Positions 28,882 through 39,015 of a stretch of DNA of 64,000 bases are shown here, one piece after another. The stretch's first letter is position 1. Each line of letters begins with the position of its first letter. The position numbers were made by a program, and so were the translations under genes. Source of the stretch: Hydrogenophilales bacterium (lineage in GTDB: Bacteria > Pseudomonadota > Gammaproteobacteria > Burkholderiales > Eutrophovitaceae); the NCBI GenBank assembly GCA_902601765.1, contig CACKOO010000001.1, forward strand, positions 807 to 64,806, read 5' to 3'. The notes beneath the pieces are model-generated. The model ran no database searches. It was given only the letters and a program-made list of their open reading frames with translations, and was not told the DNA's origin.

Positions 28882-30402
28882 CTATTTTACACTTTTCGCT
28901 TGAATTCTGATCCCGATACCTATAATAATAATTGAAATTATGAAGACTGTCTTATTGCCAAGTATCACGAAAGGAGTAGTGCCTTCCCGAGCTGTTACGG
29001 TTGCTTCGATTATTTTTGTTTCGAACTGTGGAGCTAATTTGTCAATTCTTCCATCCCATTTAATTATGGCAGTAACTCCGGTATTGGTAGCCCTTAGCAT
29101 GAATCGGGATGTTTCAATCGCACGCATTTGAGAAATTTGCAAATGTTGTTGAGATGCAATCGATTTGCCCCACCATGCATCGTTGGTAAAATTCGCCAAG
29201 ATTGTAGCCTCGGGAAGAAGCCTGATAATTTCTTCACCAAAAACATCTTCATAACAAATATTAACACCAATTTTCTGTCCTGAAGCATTAATGGTAGTTT
29301 GTTCGCGATTCCCACGCGAAAAAGATGACATTGGAATGTTCGCACTTTCCATGAACCATCCGAAAAGAGATTTTAAGGGTAAATAGTCTCCAAAGGGGAC
29401 TAGATGAATTTTTCTGTAAATTTGCTTATCTGATTTTCCTAGAGATATGACACTGTTATAGTACTTACCATCAGACGAGAGCTCTGGAACTCCAACTAAT
29501 ATAGTCGCACCTCTTTTTTTGGCTGGTTCAGTAAATTTATTCAACAGATCTAAGGGTATGTTTTTGTCGAAAATTGGAAAAGCTGTTTCTGGGAGTAATA
29601 CTAAATCCGCGGTTGTTTTCTCAGTCAGATTCAAATAATGATCTATTGTCGCCAAAGTAACCTCGGGGTTCCATTTCACATCTTGGGAGATGTTTCCTTG
29701 GATGAGGGCTATACGGGTTGGAGGAGAATCTATGGGTCGAGCCCAGTTTACAAACGTTAGACACTGGCCAATGGCCAGGCATAAAAAAATAGGTATAAAG
29801 TTGGTTTTAAGTGAATTTATAATCCCCAAGGCTATGGAGTTTTTAATCGTCAGACTGATTGCACCCGCTAGAAAAACGGATATGAAAGAAATTCCATAAA
29901 CCCCCAAGATTGGTGCATAACCGATAAGGGGGCTCTCTGGCACTTGCGAATAACCAATTGTCAGCCATGGGAACCCTGTAAAAAAATAACCGCGACCAAG
30001 TTCTGCCAGAGTCCACATTGCGGGAAAAACTAATAAAAATCGTACTCTTGCTGTTAATTTCCTCAAGTGGAACATGATGCTGCTCATTATCGAGGTATAA
30101 ACCGATAAATAAATTGAAAATACAATAATTAAAGTTCCAGCTAATAGGACATTCATACCCCCGTATCTGGTTAAACTAATAAAAATCCAACTCGTTCCAG
30201 ATATAAATAAACCAAATCCAAAAAATAATCCTAATAAAACGGTTGATTTATGCTGATTGCACTTTTCGTGAACTAGTAAAAATACTGTTATGGTTATTAT
30301 GGGAATGGGGTATAGGTAAAAAGGAGCAAACCCAAAAACTGTCAGGCAGCCTGCAAGGAAAGCCACTAAATTCAAGGGAAAATTATTGGGAATTTTCCAC
30401 AT
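28882..30402 (-). CDS. lnt: Apolipoprotein N-acyltransferase
   Basis: Motifs TGFPW, QGNI, LPETA, KIHLVPFG, ICYED (E-K-C triad) and RATNTG. Confidence 0.96.
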   Translation of the reverse strand: MWKIPNNFPLNLVAFLAGCLTVFGFAPFYLYPIPIITITVFLLVHEKCNQHKSTVLLGLFFGFGLFISGTSWIFISLTRYGGMNVLLAGTLIIVFSIYLSVYTSIMSSIMFHLRKLTARVRFLLVFPAMWTLAELGRGYFFTGFPWLTIGYSQVPESPLIGYAPILGVYGISFISVFLAGAISLTIKNSIALGIINSLKTNFIPIFLCLAIGQCLTFVNWARPIDSPPTRIALIQGNISQDVKWNPEVTLATIDHYLNLTEKTTADLVLLPETAFPIFDKNIPLDLLNKFTEPAKKRGATILVGVPELSSDGKYYNSVISLGKSDKQIYRKIHLVPFGDYLPLKSLFGWFMESANIPMSSFSRGNREQTTINASGQKIGVNICYEDVFGEEIIRLLPEATILANFTNDAWWGKSIASQQHLQISQMRAIETSRFMLRATNTGVTAIIKWDGRIDKLAPQFETKIIEATVTAREGTTPFVILGNKTVFIISIIIIGIGIRIQAKSVK

Positions 30403-31234
30403 CCATTTTCTTCTTCTCGATCATTAGTAGCTGTATTTTTCTGCTATCTGCTCTAAGAATAGTAATTTCTAGTCCAGCTATTTGGAAGGTTTCTCCACTT
30501 TTTGGAAGTCGACCGACATGAGTTAAAACTAACCCTCCCACGGTATCGAAATCTTCCGCACTGAAATTAGTTTCGAGTTGCTGATTAATGTCTGTTAGAT
30601 CAGTTTGGGCTTTGACACGATATTTCCCATTACTCTCAAGGATTATATTGGCTTCCGTTTCGTCCAAATCGAATTCGTCTTCTATGTCACCAACTATTTG
30701 TTCAAGAACATCTTCGATGGTTACAAGTCCTGCTACACCACCATACTCATCAACAACAATAGCTAAATGGTTGCGATTTTTTCGAAACTCTTCGAGTAAA
30801 ACATTGAGCCTTTTTGATTCAGGAATAAATACAGCCGGTCTTAAGGTTTTTTTCAGGTCAAATTTATCGCTATTTTGATAATATCTGAGAAGGTCTTTCG
30901 CAAGCAGTATTCCGACGACATCATCTTTGTCTTCTCCAATAACCGGGAACCTGGAGTGAGCAGTTTCGATTGCGTATGCAATAATTTTTTTTATGGGGTC
31001 GGTGATGTTCATTACTCCCATCTGAACTCTGGGTACCATGATATCTCCAGCCTGCATATCGGAAACTTGCAGCACTCCCTCTATCATGGATAGGGCCTCG
31101 GTATCCATCAGGTTTTTCTCGTAAGAGCTGTGGAGCACTCCGACAAGCTCATCTCTATCTTCTGGCTCTCTGATCTTAAGTAAAAAATCCCGTACTTTTT
31201 TTCGCCATGTAGTTTTGTTTGGAGGGTCGTCCAT
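30383..31234 (-). CDS. corC: CBS/CorC-HlyC domain magnesium/cobalt efflux-associated protein
   Basis: Motifs HSRFPV, FIPESKRL, VDEYGGVAGLVTIEDVLEQIVGDIEDE and DTVGG. Confidence 0.93.
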   Translation of the reverse strand: MDDPPNKTTWRKKVRDFLLKIREPEDRDELVGVLHSSYEKNLMDTEALSMIEGVLQVSDMQAGDIMVPRVQMGVMNITDPIKKIIAYAIETAHSRFPVIGEDKDDVVGILLAKDLLRYYQNSDKFDLKKTLRPAVFIPESKRLNVLLEEFRKNRNHLAIVVDEYGGVAGLVTIEDVLEQIVGDIEDEFDLDETEANIILESNGKYRVKAQTDLTDINQQLETNFSAEDFDTVGGLVLTHVGRLPKSGETFQIAGLEITILRADSRKIQLLMIEKKKMDVENSQ

Positions 31235-31273
31235 TATATTCTCACGTATTAACTAGTTTGATTGATGATAGCA

Positions 31274-31744
31274 TCAGTAAGGATTTCCGAATCCCAATTC
31301 ATTCATTATAAATTTTTCGCGTTTTTCCATAATTTCCGCACCAACATCGTCGTCATGCGTAAACCCTTGTAAATGCAGAGTTCCGTGAATTGTTAAATGC
31401 GCCAGGTGGGCCAAAATAGGTTTTCTTTGTAAGCTAGCCTCTCTTTTTACTACCGGAAAGCAGATGGCTATATCACCTTCTATGGGGTTGTTATCTCTGT
31501 AAGGAAAGCTTAAAACATTAGTTGCAGTTTTTTTGCCTCTGAACATTTCATTTAGTTTTTTCCCTTCTAATTCGTCAATTATTCTGATGGTTAGTTTTAT
31601 ATTTTTAGATACAGAAGCTAAAACCCAACTTTTGATAACATGTTTATAAGGTAGGTTACTATCTTCCATCCCATACTGAATTTCTAAGTCTACCTTCGGT
31701 AATCTTTGCTTTGTCAATATTTCTTTATTTTGTTCAATGATCAT
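31274..31744 (-). CDS. ybeY: rRNA maturation endoribonuclease
   Basis: Motifs FRGK..ATNVLSF and HLTIHGTLHLQGFTH. Confidence 0.95.
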   Translation of the reverse strand: MIIEQNKEILTKQRLPKVDLEIQYGMEDSNLPYKHVIKSWVLASVSKNIKLTIRIIDELEGKKLNEMFRGKKTATNVLSFPYRDNNPIEGDIAICFPVVKREASLQRKPILAHLAHLTIHGTLHLQGFTHDDDVGAEIMEKREKFIMNELGFGNPY

Positions 31745-32684
31745 CGTTTTTTTCGTAAGCTCTTACAATTCTTTGGACTAAGGGATGTCTGACCACATCA
31801 TCCCCGAGAAACTCTGTAAAGGCGATGCCGGCAACATTAGTTAATATTTTTCGAGCCTCAATTAAACCGTTTCTTCTTGGATTAGGAAGATCGATTTGAG
31901 TGACGTCACCTGTGATGACTGCGCGACTACCAAATCCCATTCTAGTTAAAAACATTTTCATTTGTTCTGGTGTTGTGTTTTGTGCTTCATCTAAAATTAT
32001 GAATGAGTTGTTAATCGTCCTTCCTCTCATGTATGCAAGAGGGGCAATCTCTATAATGCCTCGCTCAAAAAGTTTCGCTGCTCTTTCAATTCCCATTAAG
32101 TCATAAAGCGCGTCGTAAAGCGGTCGAAGGTATGGGTCGACTTTTTGTGCTAGATCTCCTGGTAGAAATCCCAGTCTTTCTCCTGCCTCTACGGCAGGTC
32201 TCGCGAGTATAATTCGCTTTATCAGATCTCGTTCAAGGGCATCAATTGCACTGGCAACAGCCAAATAAGTTTTACCCGTGCCTGCTGGTCCAATTCCAAA
32301 AACCACATCAGATAGTTGAATTTGCTTGAGATATTGTATTTGCCTGACAGTTCGCCCTCGTAAATTTTTTTTTCTCGTTTTTAGCATTGGTTCATTTTGA
32401 TTGGAAACAATATCGCTACCGGAGTTATTAGCAAGTTCCATTAAGTCAAATTGAATGTCTTCCATCCTTATATGATTGCTAGCTTTTTGATAAAATTTTT
32501 GTAAAGTGGTTTTAGCAAGATGCATTTTGGTTTGGTCACCTGATACGTGAAAACTATCGCCTCGACGTGAAATTGTTACACCGAGTGCTGTCTCAATTTC
32601 ACGAAGATTTTCATCTAGCGAGCCACACAAGTTGGCGAGTTTTTCGTTGTCCACAGGAAGTAGAGTAAAGGTTGAGGAATTCAA
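31734..32684 (-). CDS. ybeZ: PhoH family ATPase
   Basis: Motifs [26 protein letters not shown] and DEAQN. TTG start overlaps the miaB stop. Confidence 0.95.
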   Translation of the reverse strand: MNSSTFTLLPVDNEKLANLCGSLDENLREIETALGVTISRRGDSFHVSGDQTKMHLAKTTLQKFYQKASNHIRMEDIQFDLMELANNSGSDIVSNQNEPMLKTRKKNLRGRTVRQIQYLKQIQLSDVVFGIGPAGTGKTYLAVASAIDALERDLIKRIILARPAVEAGERLGFLPGDLAQKVDPYLRPLYDALYDLMGIERAAKLFERGIIEIAPLAYMRGRTINNSFIILDEAQNTTPEQMKMFLTRMGFGSRAVITGDVTQIDLPNPRRNGLIEARKILTNVAGIAFTEFLGDDVVRHPLVQRIVRAYEKNDDH

Positions 32685-34015
32685 GCAGCGTTTTGGATCA
32701 GGCGATTAGCGCGAAGTGAGTTAGTCATAATTTCAGTGATTTTTACCTTTTCAATGGTACCTATTAAATTTTTGGGACCAATAAAATTTACTACTCGGTT
32801 GTTAGAAGTTCTTCCCGAAATTTCCAGGTTACCCTTCGAAGAATACCCCTCTACAAGGACCTCTTGGACCGTGTTTAACATAGAAACACTCGTGTCGTCT
32901 CGAATTTCATTCAATAATAATTGGAGCTCTTGTAGTCTCGATTTTTTTGTGGCAAGAGGCACTTGATCAGGTAAGTCTGACGCCGGAGTTCCGGGGCGAG
33001 GACTATACATAAAGCTGAAACTGGTATCAAATTTTATATTCCGTATAAGTTTTAATGTATCTTGAAAGTCAGTATCTGTTTCTCCGGGGAAGCCAACAAT
33101 GAAATCCGAACCAATACTAATATTAGGTCTAGCTTTTCGCAACTGTTTAATGATTAATTCATATTGCTCCCGAGTGTATCCTCGTTTCATGAGTCGTAGA
33201 ATTTTGTCTGACCCCGATTGAACCGGAAGGTGCACATGATCAACCAATTTTTTGGTTTTATCAAAAGTTTTTATGAGGCGACTGTCAAATTCTTTTGGAT
33301 GAGACGTTGTAAATCGCAATCTCTCGATACCAGGAATTTCCGCCGAAAACTCTAACAGACTAGCCAAGTCGACTTGTTCATGGTTTTCAGTTTGACTACG
33401 ATAGGCGTTAACATTTTGTCCGAGAAAAGTTACTTCTCGTACCCCTTGTCTCGAAAGCCCCGCTAATTCTATTAAAATTTCTTCGAAAGGACGAGAAATC
33501 TCTTCTCCTCGGGTGTATGGGACCACACAAAAACTACAATATTTACTACATCCTTCCATGATCGAGACGAAAGCCGTGCATTTTTCAGGTTTTGGCATGG
33601 GAAGTTTGTCAAATTTTTCTATTTCTGGAAAAGATATATCTATTTGTGGTTTACCAATAACCTGCTTTTTGCGGATTAAGCTTGGTAGGCGATGTAGTGT
33701 TTGCGGTCCAAAAACCACGTCAACATACGGGGCTCGTCTGATTATCTCTTTTCCCTCTTGGCTTGCTACACACCCTCCCACTCCGATAATGAGGCTAGGT
33801 TTAGAGGATTTCAGATGCCTGACTCTTCCAAGATCGCTAAAAACTTTTTCTTGAGCTTTTTCTCGTACAGAGCATGTATTAAAAATAATGACATCAGCTT
33901 TTCCCGGATCCGTAGTTTTTTCTAACGGTTCCGTTTCGTTGAGAGCATCAAAAATTCTGTCAGAGTCATATACATTCATCTGACATCCGAAGGTACGAAT
34001 AAAAATTTTTTTCAT
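32681..34015 (-). CDS. miaB: tRNA-i6A37 methylthiotransferase
   Basis: Motifs [16 protein letters not shown], radical-SAM CSKYCSFC and a C-terminal TRAM domain. Confidence 0.97.
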   Translation of the reverse strand: MKKIFIRTFGCQMNVYDSDRIFDALNETEPLEKTTDPGKADVIIFNTCSVREKAQEKVFSDLGRVRHLKSSKPSLIIGVGGCVASQEGKEIIRRAPYVDVVFGPQTLHRLPSLIRKKQVIGKPQIDISFPEIEKFDKLPMPKPEKCTAFVSIMEGCSKYCSFCVVPYTRGEEISRPFEEILIELAGLSRQGVREVTFLGQNVNAYRSQTENHEQVDLASLLEFSAEIPGIERLRFTTSHPKEFDSRLIKTFDKTKKLVDHVHLPVQSGSDKILRLMKRGYTREQYELIIKQLRKARPNISIGSDFIVGFPGETDTDFQDTLKLIRNIKFDTSFSFMYSPRPGTPASDLPDQVPLATKKSRLQELQLLLNEIRDDTSVSMLNTVQEVLVEGYSSKGNLEISGRTSNNRVVNFIGPKNLIGTIEKVKITEIMTNSLRANRLIQNAA

Positions 34016-34368
34016 CTTCTGTCTTAAATATATTCCCTGCTAACGCAGTCCCCAAAAATGTATTATATTTTTGCTTATGTCTACTATCACCATATGATAT
34101 CTTTCAATTGACGTTTTGTTAATGATAAAGTGAATTGTTAGCAAAAAACCGATATTTTCCGTACTTTGCAATCAATTCTATATTGTCATAAAAAACCATG
34201 AATAAAGGCGTCGTGGTTTGCTTAATCCAAGGTCTTCGTGTCGGGTAGGATATAAGCACAATAAACTGGTAACATCAGCCAATTGAAATAATATCCCGAC
34301 TCATTATGAACTAAATCGTTTTCGGAGTAACAATGGGTTTTTGTAAGTGTGTGATCATTAGAGAGGAG

Positions 34369-34444
34369 TGGTGGCGAATCTGGGATTTGAACCTAGGACC
34401 TTCGGATTATGATTCCGCTGCTCTAACCACTGAGCTAATTCGCC
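34369..34444 (-). tRNA. tRNA with CAT anticodon, most likely elongator tRNA-Met (Ile2 not excluded)
   Basis: Minus strand GGCGAATTAGCTCAGTGGTTAGAGCAGCGGAATCATAATCCGAAGGTCCTAGGTTCAAATCCCAGATTCGCCACCA is a 76-nt cloverleaf with encoded CCA. G1-C72 is paired, so it is not the initiator. Confidence 0.92.
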
Positions 34445-34544
34445 AGTTTAAGGGTTTCTCAAAATCCGGAGGTTACTTATCGTAATGCCAGCTGTCAAGC
34501 AATCTATTTATGAGGAATTTTTTGGCACATGAGGTTTTAGTAAG

Positions 34545-35693
34545 ATGAAATATGATTTTGTAATCATAGGGGCGGGTATTGTTGGATCAGCTGTCGCATT
34601 GAGCCTCATTAGAGAAGGTCACAGTGTCGCTGTGATTGAACACAGTAGGTTAGGGCAACAGGATTTGGTGAAAGACAAGACTCAAGTTTTCATGCTCAAC
34701 TCTTCCAGCCTATCAATCCTGAGAGATATTGGCACGTGGAGCCAAATCAATCATGATCAATACAATCAAGTTTTTGATATTAAGATTTTGGGAGACGGGT
34801 TATCGGAGATAAACTTTAACTCATCAAACGCTGACTTTTCTGCTTTAGGCTATACGGTGGAAAAACACAATTTGCTGGAAGTGCTACACAGACAGTTACA
34901 GCAAAGTAATATGGCCGTATTCGATAATCAAAAAATAGAGAATTTAGTTTGGGGTAAAAACCATATATCAGTCCAATTGAAGCAAAATAAAAATATAACC
35001 TCTGATGTGATTGTAGCTGCGGACGGAGCGAATTCATACGTTAGAAATTTAGCTAATATTAAGGCAAAAACCAATTATTATAATCAAATTGCAATTGTAT
35101 GTAGGCTTGTTGGTCGTGCTTCCAAAGCCGTCGCTTATCAATGGTTTCAAAAAAAAGGTAATGTTGTTGCTCTACTCCCAATAAATGAAAATGAGTTTGG
35201 TCTGGTTTGGTCGATTTCGGAGGATTTAGGACTCGATATGATTTCAAAAGGAAAAGGTTTGCTAATTAGGGAGCTAAAAGAAATTACAAGTTGTGATGTT
35301 GGCGAACTAGAAATTGTTGATCAACCAAAATATTTTCCTATAAATGCGATCCACCCTGAATCCGTTATAAAAACCAGGCTAGCCCTTGTAGGGGATGCTG
35401 CGGGTACAATCCACCCAATGGCAGGCCAAGGACTGAACTTGGGATTATTAGATGCTAGAATACTTTCGGATGTTTTTTCAAAAAAAGCTAATTCGAGCAT
35501 TTTCTCTACTCTCAGGAGATATGAGAGACGTCGGGCGGAAAAAGTTGCTATCATGAGGGGTATCACTAATGGCTTATATAAAATATTCTCCAGCGATGTG
35601 ATGGCCTCAAGTTATCTTAGGGCGTACGGATTAAAGATTTTTGAAAGAGCTCCTGCGCTTAAAAAACTAGCTTTTAAGGTTGCTTCAAATTAG
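34545..35693 (+). CDS. UbiH/UbiF/VisC family FAD-dependent hydroxylase
   Basis: Motifs GAGIVG, VAADGANS, YNQIAIV and GDAAGTIHPMAGQGLNLG. Confidence 0.9.
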   Translation: MKYDFVIIGAGIVGSAVALSLIREGHSVAVIEHSRLGQQDLVKDKTQVFMLNSSSLSILRDIGTWSQINHDQYNQVFDIKILGDGLSEINFNSSNADFSALGYTVEKHNLLEVLHRQLQQSNMAVFDNQKIENLVWGKNHISVQLKQNKNITSDVIVAADGANSYVRNLANIKAKTNYYNQIAIVCRLVGRASKAVAYQWFQKKGNVVALLPINENEFGLVWSISEDLGLDMISKGKGLLIRELKEITSCDVGELEIVDQPKYFPINAIHPESVIKTRLALVGDAAGTIHPMAGQGLNLGLLDARILSDVFSKKANSSIFSTLRRYERRRAEKVAIMRGITNGLYKIFSSDVMASSYLRAYGLKIFERAPALKKLAFKVASN

Positions 35694-35733
35694 TTTCCAG
35701 TTTTTCCATGAATTAGTAGCGAAAGGTATATTT

Positions 35734-36474
35734 ATGTATTTGCGGCGAATAATGTTTTTTGGTCTTCTCGGTATGTTTTTTTCAATTTTTACTCTACCGA
35801 TTTTAGCGGACGAACAAAAAGTCAGGGATCTCATCAAAACAAAATTCCCAAGCGCCACTTTAGAGCAAGTTAATAAGGTTAAAGATATCGATTTATATGA
35901 ACTAGTAATTGATGGTGACGTTATTTATATAGATTTGAATCTACAATATTTTATTGATGGTAATCTTATAGACTTGTCCAATATGCAAAATGTGACTCGC
36001 GAAAGAAAAGGGGTTTTAGAAACTGCAGCCATGGAGAAACTTAAGATACCATTAGTAGAGTTTCCTCTTGAATGGGCGGTAAAGAAAGTGCACGGCGATG
36101 GCTCTAGAAAAATGGCGTATTTTGCGGACCCTAATTGTGGCTATTGCAAGCGTTTTGAAAAGACCACAATCCCTAAGATTGAGAATGTAACGATTTACAT
36201 ATTTCCGTATCCGATAATCAGCGAAAAATCACTTCCGTTGACACAGTCGATTTGGTGCTCTTCAAACAGGGAAGCTGCGTGGGATGATTATGTTCGGAAG
36301 GGCATATCTCCTTCTGGGAGCAAAGACTGTGACAATCCAATTGAGAATGTACTCGCTTTTGGTAAAAAAATGCGCATAAGAGGAACACCCACCCTTTTCT
36401 TTGGGGATGGAACTAGAGTTTCGGGGATGATGGGCTTGCAGGAATTGGATCAGAAGTTAAATGAAAACATGTAA
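35734..36474 (+). CDS. dsbC: Thiol:disulfide interchange protein DsbC
   Basis: Signal peptide, dimerisation domain, FADPNCGYC, IWC and GTP. ATG 35734 follows GAAAGGT. Confidence 0.92.
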   Translation: MYLRRIMFFGLLGMFFSIFTLPILADEQKVRDLIKTKFPSATLEQVNKVKDIDLYELVIDGDVIYIDLNLQYFIDGNLIDLSNMQNVTRERKGVLETAAMEKLKIPLVEFPLEWAVKKVHGDGSRKMAYFADPNCGYCKRFEKTTIPKIENVTIYIFPYPIISEKSLPLTQSIWCSSNREAAWDDYVRKGISPSGSKDCDNPIENVLAFGKKMRIRGTPTLFFGDGTRVSGMMGLQELDQKLNENM

Positions 36475-36481
36475 TAAAACC

Positions 36482-37708
36482 TCATTTTTTCATGCCTTTT
36501 GGTATTAAAATCCACATCTTCCCGGATTGCTTCATTTTTCCTGCAATTTGTCCGGCTAAATTGCCGAATCCCCAAAAAAAGTCTCCCCGCAAGGGGCCCT
36601 TGATAGCGCCTCCCGTGTCTTGCGCTAACATAAGCTTATTCATGGGTCTTTCTGAGCTTGGCCATGTGGTTGATAGATAAATTGGGAAACCTAAAGGTAT
36701 AATTTTGCTATCTACTGCCAGACTACGTTTCGGTGTTAGCGGTACATTTAATGCTCCAATAGGGCCATCAAAATTGTTACTAATTATTTTAAAAAACACA
36801 TACCTCTCATTTTGGTTTAGTACTTTTTTTACCTTCCACGGGTTTCGTTTTGCCCAAGCTTTGATTCCTTGCATAGATGCCTCGTGAGATTTAACCTCCC
36901 CCTCTTTAATCAGCACTTTACCGATAGATGTGTATGGGTGACCATTGTGACTCGCATATCCGATTTTTAATATTTTGCCTGAGGGCAAAGCCACGCGTCC
37001 AGACCCCTGTATTTGAAGAAAAAATAGATCGATTTCATTTTCCACCCATAAAACAACTGGTATGTTTAGTTTAGTGTAGTTTTCTTCGATTTGCTTTCGA
37101 CTGTAATATATTATTTTAGAGGTACCCGGTTTAGGTATCCTTAAGTCTCGGGGCATTCCAAGTAGCGGATACTTAAATTTCTCTGATTTTATCAATTGCC
37201 CCTTCAACAATGGTTCGTAATAACCAGTAATCAATCCTGATGAGGTGCGTTTGGAGTCGAAAATTTGGTAAGGAGTAAAGTAGATTTGAAAAAATTTTTT
37301 TAGCTTACTTTGGCTTGGAACTTTAATGGTACCACTATGGAGACATACCCGTGCCCAATCAGTGTTTTTTTTTAAAACGGAACAAGACTGTAAAAATGCA
37401 GGCCAAGCCTCCGTTAAGTCGTCGTTCTCCCACCCGGGTAAGTCCGACCAGTCTTTTCTTTCAAATGAAAACGTGTTTTTAGCTTGATCTTTAAAATATT
37501 GCTTTTCAGGCTTTATTGTTAACTTGTTGAGAGTACCGGATGGTATAGTCGAGGTGGATATTGCGTCAGACGCATTTTGGTGTTTTCTAGGTTTTTGTGT
37601 CGAGGCGCAACCGTTTAAAAAAATTAAAAAAATTGATACGAGAAATAGAAATTTTTTGCACGATACATTTGGCCAAACATTTCTATTAAAATGGAGCTCT
37701 ATTTTCAT
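36482..37708 (-). CDS. mltA: Membrane-bound lytic murein transglycosylase A (lipoprotein)
   Basis: Lipobox LNGC; motifs WSDLPGW, TGYYEP, FFLQIQGSG, SLAVD, AQDTGGAIKG and DFFWG. Confidence 0.95.
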   Translation of the reverse strand: MKIELHFNRNVWPNVSCKKFLFLVSIFLIFLNGCASTQKPRKHQNASDAISTSTIPSGTLNKLTIKPEKQYFKDQAKNTFSFERKDWSDLPGWENDDLTEAWPAFLQSCSVLKKNTDWARVCLHSGTIKVPSQSKLKKFFQIYFTPYQIFDSKRTSSGLITGYYEPLLKGQLIKSEKFKYPLLGMPRDLRIPKPGTSKIIYYSRKQIEENYTKLNIPVVLWVENEIDLFFLQIQGSGRVALPSGKILKIGYASHNGHPYTSIGKVLIKEGEVKSHEASMQGIKAWAKRNPWKVKKVLNQNERYVFFKIISNNFDGPIGALNVPLTPKRSLAVDSKIIPLGFPIYLSTTWPSSERPMNKLMLAQDTGGAIKGPLRGDFFWGFGNLAGQIAGKMKQSGKMWILIPKGMKK

Positions 37709-37829
37709 GAAAGATTATCCGCTTTTCTGGGTTTTCCTGGAAATTCTTTTAGGTTTAGGCATGTTTTTACTGATAATTTTCTGGACGCTTCCGAAGAAAA
37801 GCAAAAAGAAAAATTGCAAAGACACATGA
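37707..37829 (+). CDS. Small single-pass membrane protein (40 aa)
   Basis: MKDYPLFWVFLEILLGLGMFLLIIFWTLPKKSKKKNCKDT: one TM helix and a basic tail. GGAG lies 10 nt upstream, and the ORF fills the mltA-apaG gap almost exactly. Confidence 0.65.
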   Translation: MKDYPLFWVFLEILLGLGMFLLIIFWTLPKKSKKKNCKDT

Positions 37830-37839
37830 TATTGTTATT

Positions 37840-38238
37840 TCAATGTAATGTTCGTGAGGCACTTAGAGCAAAACTTGGAATATTGACCACAAATTGGTGA
37901 CCATCTTGCGCTACCATGTAATAGCTACCTTTCATTGTTCCCGTTTCAGTGGAAATGACTGCACTGCTTTGGTACTCAAAAGTTTTGTTCGGTTCAATAA
38001 TTGGTTGGGTCCCCAAAACTCCCGAACCCCTAACCTCTTGTACATTCAGCTTACCGTTAGTAATAATCCAATGACGGCTTAACAACTTGGCGGTTAGCGT
38101 CCCTTTGTTGATTATGTGTATCGAATAAGCAAAAACATACTGCTTATTTTCAATCGAGGATTGTTTTTCTAAAAAAAAACTGTGTCCTTCTACATTGACA
38201 TTATACTTTTGGGGATTGTCATGCTTTAAATTCTTCAT
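37840..38238 (-). CDS. apaG: ApaG protein
   Basis: Motifs YVFAY, LLSRHWIIT, EVRGSGVLG.QP and GTMKGSY. Confidence 0.95.
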   Translation of the reverse strand: MKNLKHDNPQKYNVNVEGHSFFLEKQSSIENKQYVFAYSIHIINKGTLTAKLLSRHWIITNGKLNVQEVRGSGVLGTQPIIEPNKTFEYQSSAVISTETGTMKGSYYMVAQDGHQFVVNIPSFALSASRTLH

Positions 38239-38311
38239 ATTGACAAGATATCCTGCGTGTTTGCTTTAATTGTTTTACAATGCGCTTATTATTTTTAATA
38301 AGTTATTTTAG

Positions 38312-38971
38312 ATGCCTAATTATAGAATAGCTCCTAGTATTTTGTCTGCAGATTTTGCCCGACTTGGTGAAGAAGTTGTTGCCGTGGCCGAGGCTGGCGC
38401 TGACATGATACACATTGATGTCATGGATAATCACTATGTCCCTAACTTAACTTTTGGGCCGCTTGTTTGTAGAGCACTCCGTCCAATTACGAGCAAGCCT
38501 CTTGATGTACACCTAATGGCAACGCCTGTGGATAAATTAGTTGTGGAATTTGCTAAGGCTGGAGCTGATATTATTACTTTTCACCCTGAGGCTAGCGAGC
38601 ATGTTGATCGGACTATTCAGACTATAATAGATAGCGGGTGCGAGGCCGGTTTGGTTTTAAACCCGTCTACTCCACTGAATCATTTGGAATGGACTTTAGA
38701 AAAATTAAGTATGGTTTTATTGATGTCGGTAAACCCTGGATTTGGTGGACAAACTTTTATTGAAAGTACCTATGGCAAAATCAATCAAGTAAGAGATATG
38801 ATCAAAGAGTCAGGCAGAGATATTTCTCTTCAAGTCGATGGAGGAATAAATATTCGTAACATTAGGTCTATAGCAATGGCAGGTGCTGATACCTTCGTCT
38901 CAGGATCAGCAATCTTTGGAGTCGAAAATTATTGTGATGTAATAACTGATATGAGAAATGAGTTACTTTAG
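38312..38971 (+). CDS. rpe: Ribulose-phosphate 3-epimerase
   Basis: Motifs [31 protein letters not shown] and VDGG. Confidence 0.97.
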   Translation: MPNYRIAPSILSADFARLGEEVVAVAEAGADMIHIDVMDNHYVPNLTFGPLVCRALRPITSKPLDVHLMATPVDKLVVEFAKAGADIITFHPEASEHVDRTIQTIIDSGCEAGLVLNPSTPLNHLEWTLEKLSMVLLMSVNPGFGGQTFIESTYGKINQVRDMIKESGRDISLQVDGGINIRNIRSIAMAGADTFVSGSAIFGVENYCDVITDMRNELL

Positions 38972-39015
38972 GGTAGCATGCTTTATAATTGTCCCATTAA
39001 AAAATTCTTAGTTTT

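Noticed and set aside
34523-34538. TGGCAC upstream of the Ubi hydroxylase as a sigma54 promoter
   Set aside because: There is no GC at the -12 position (GG-N10-TT).
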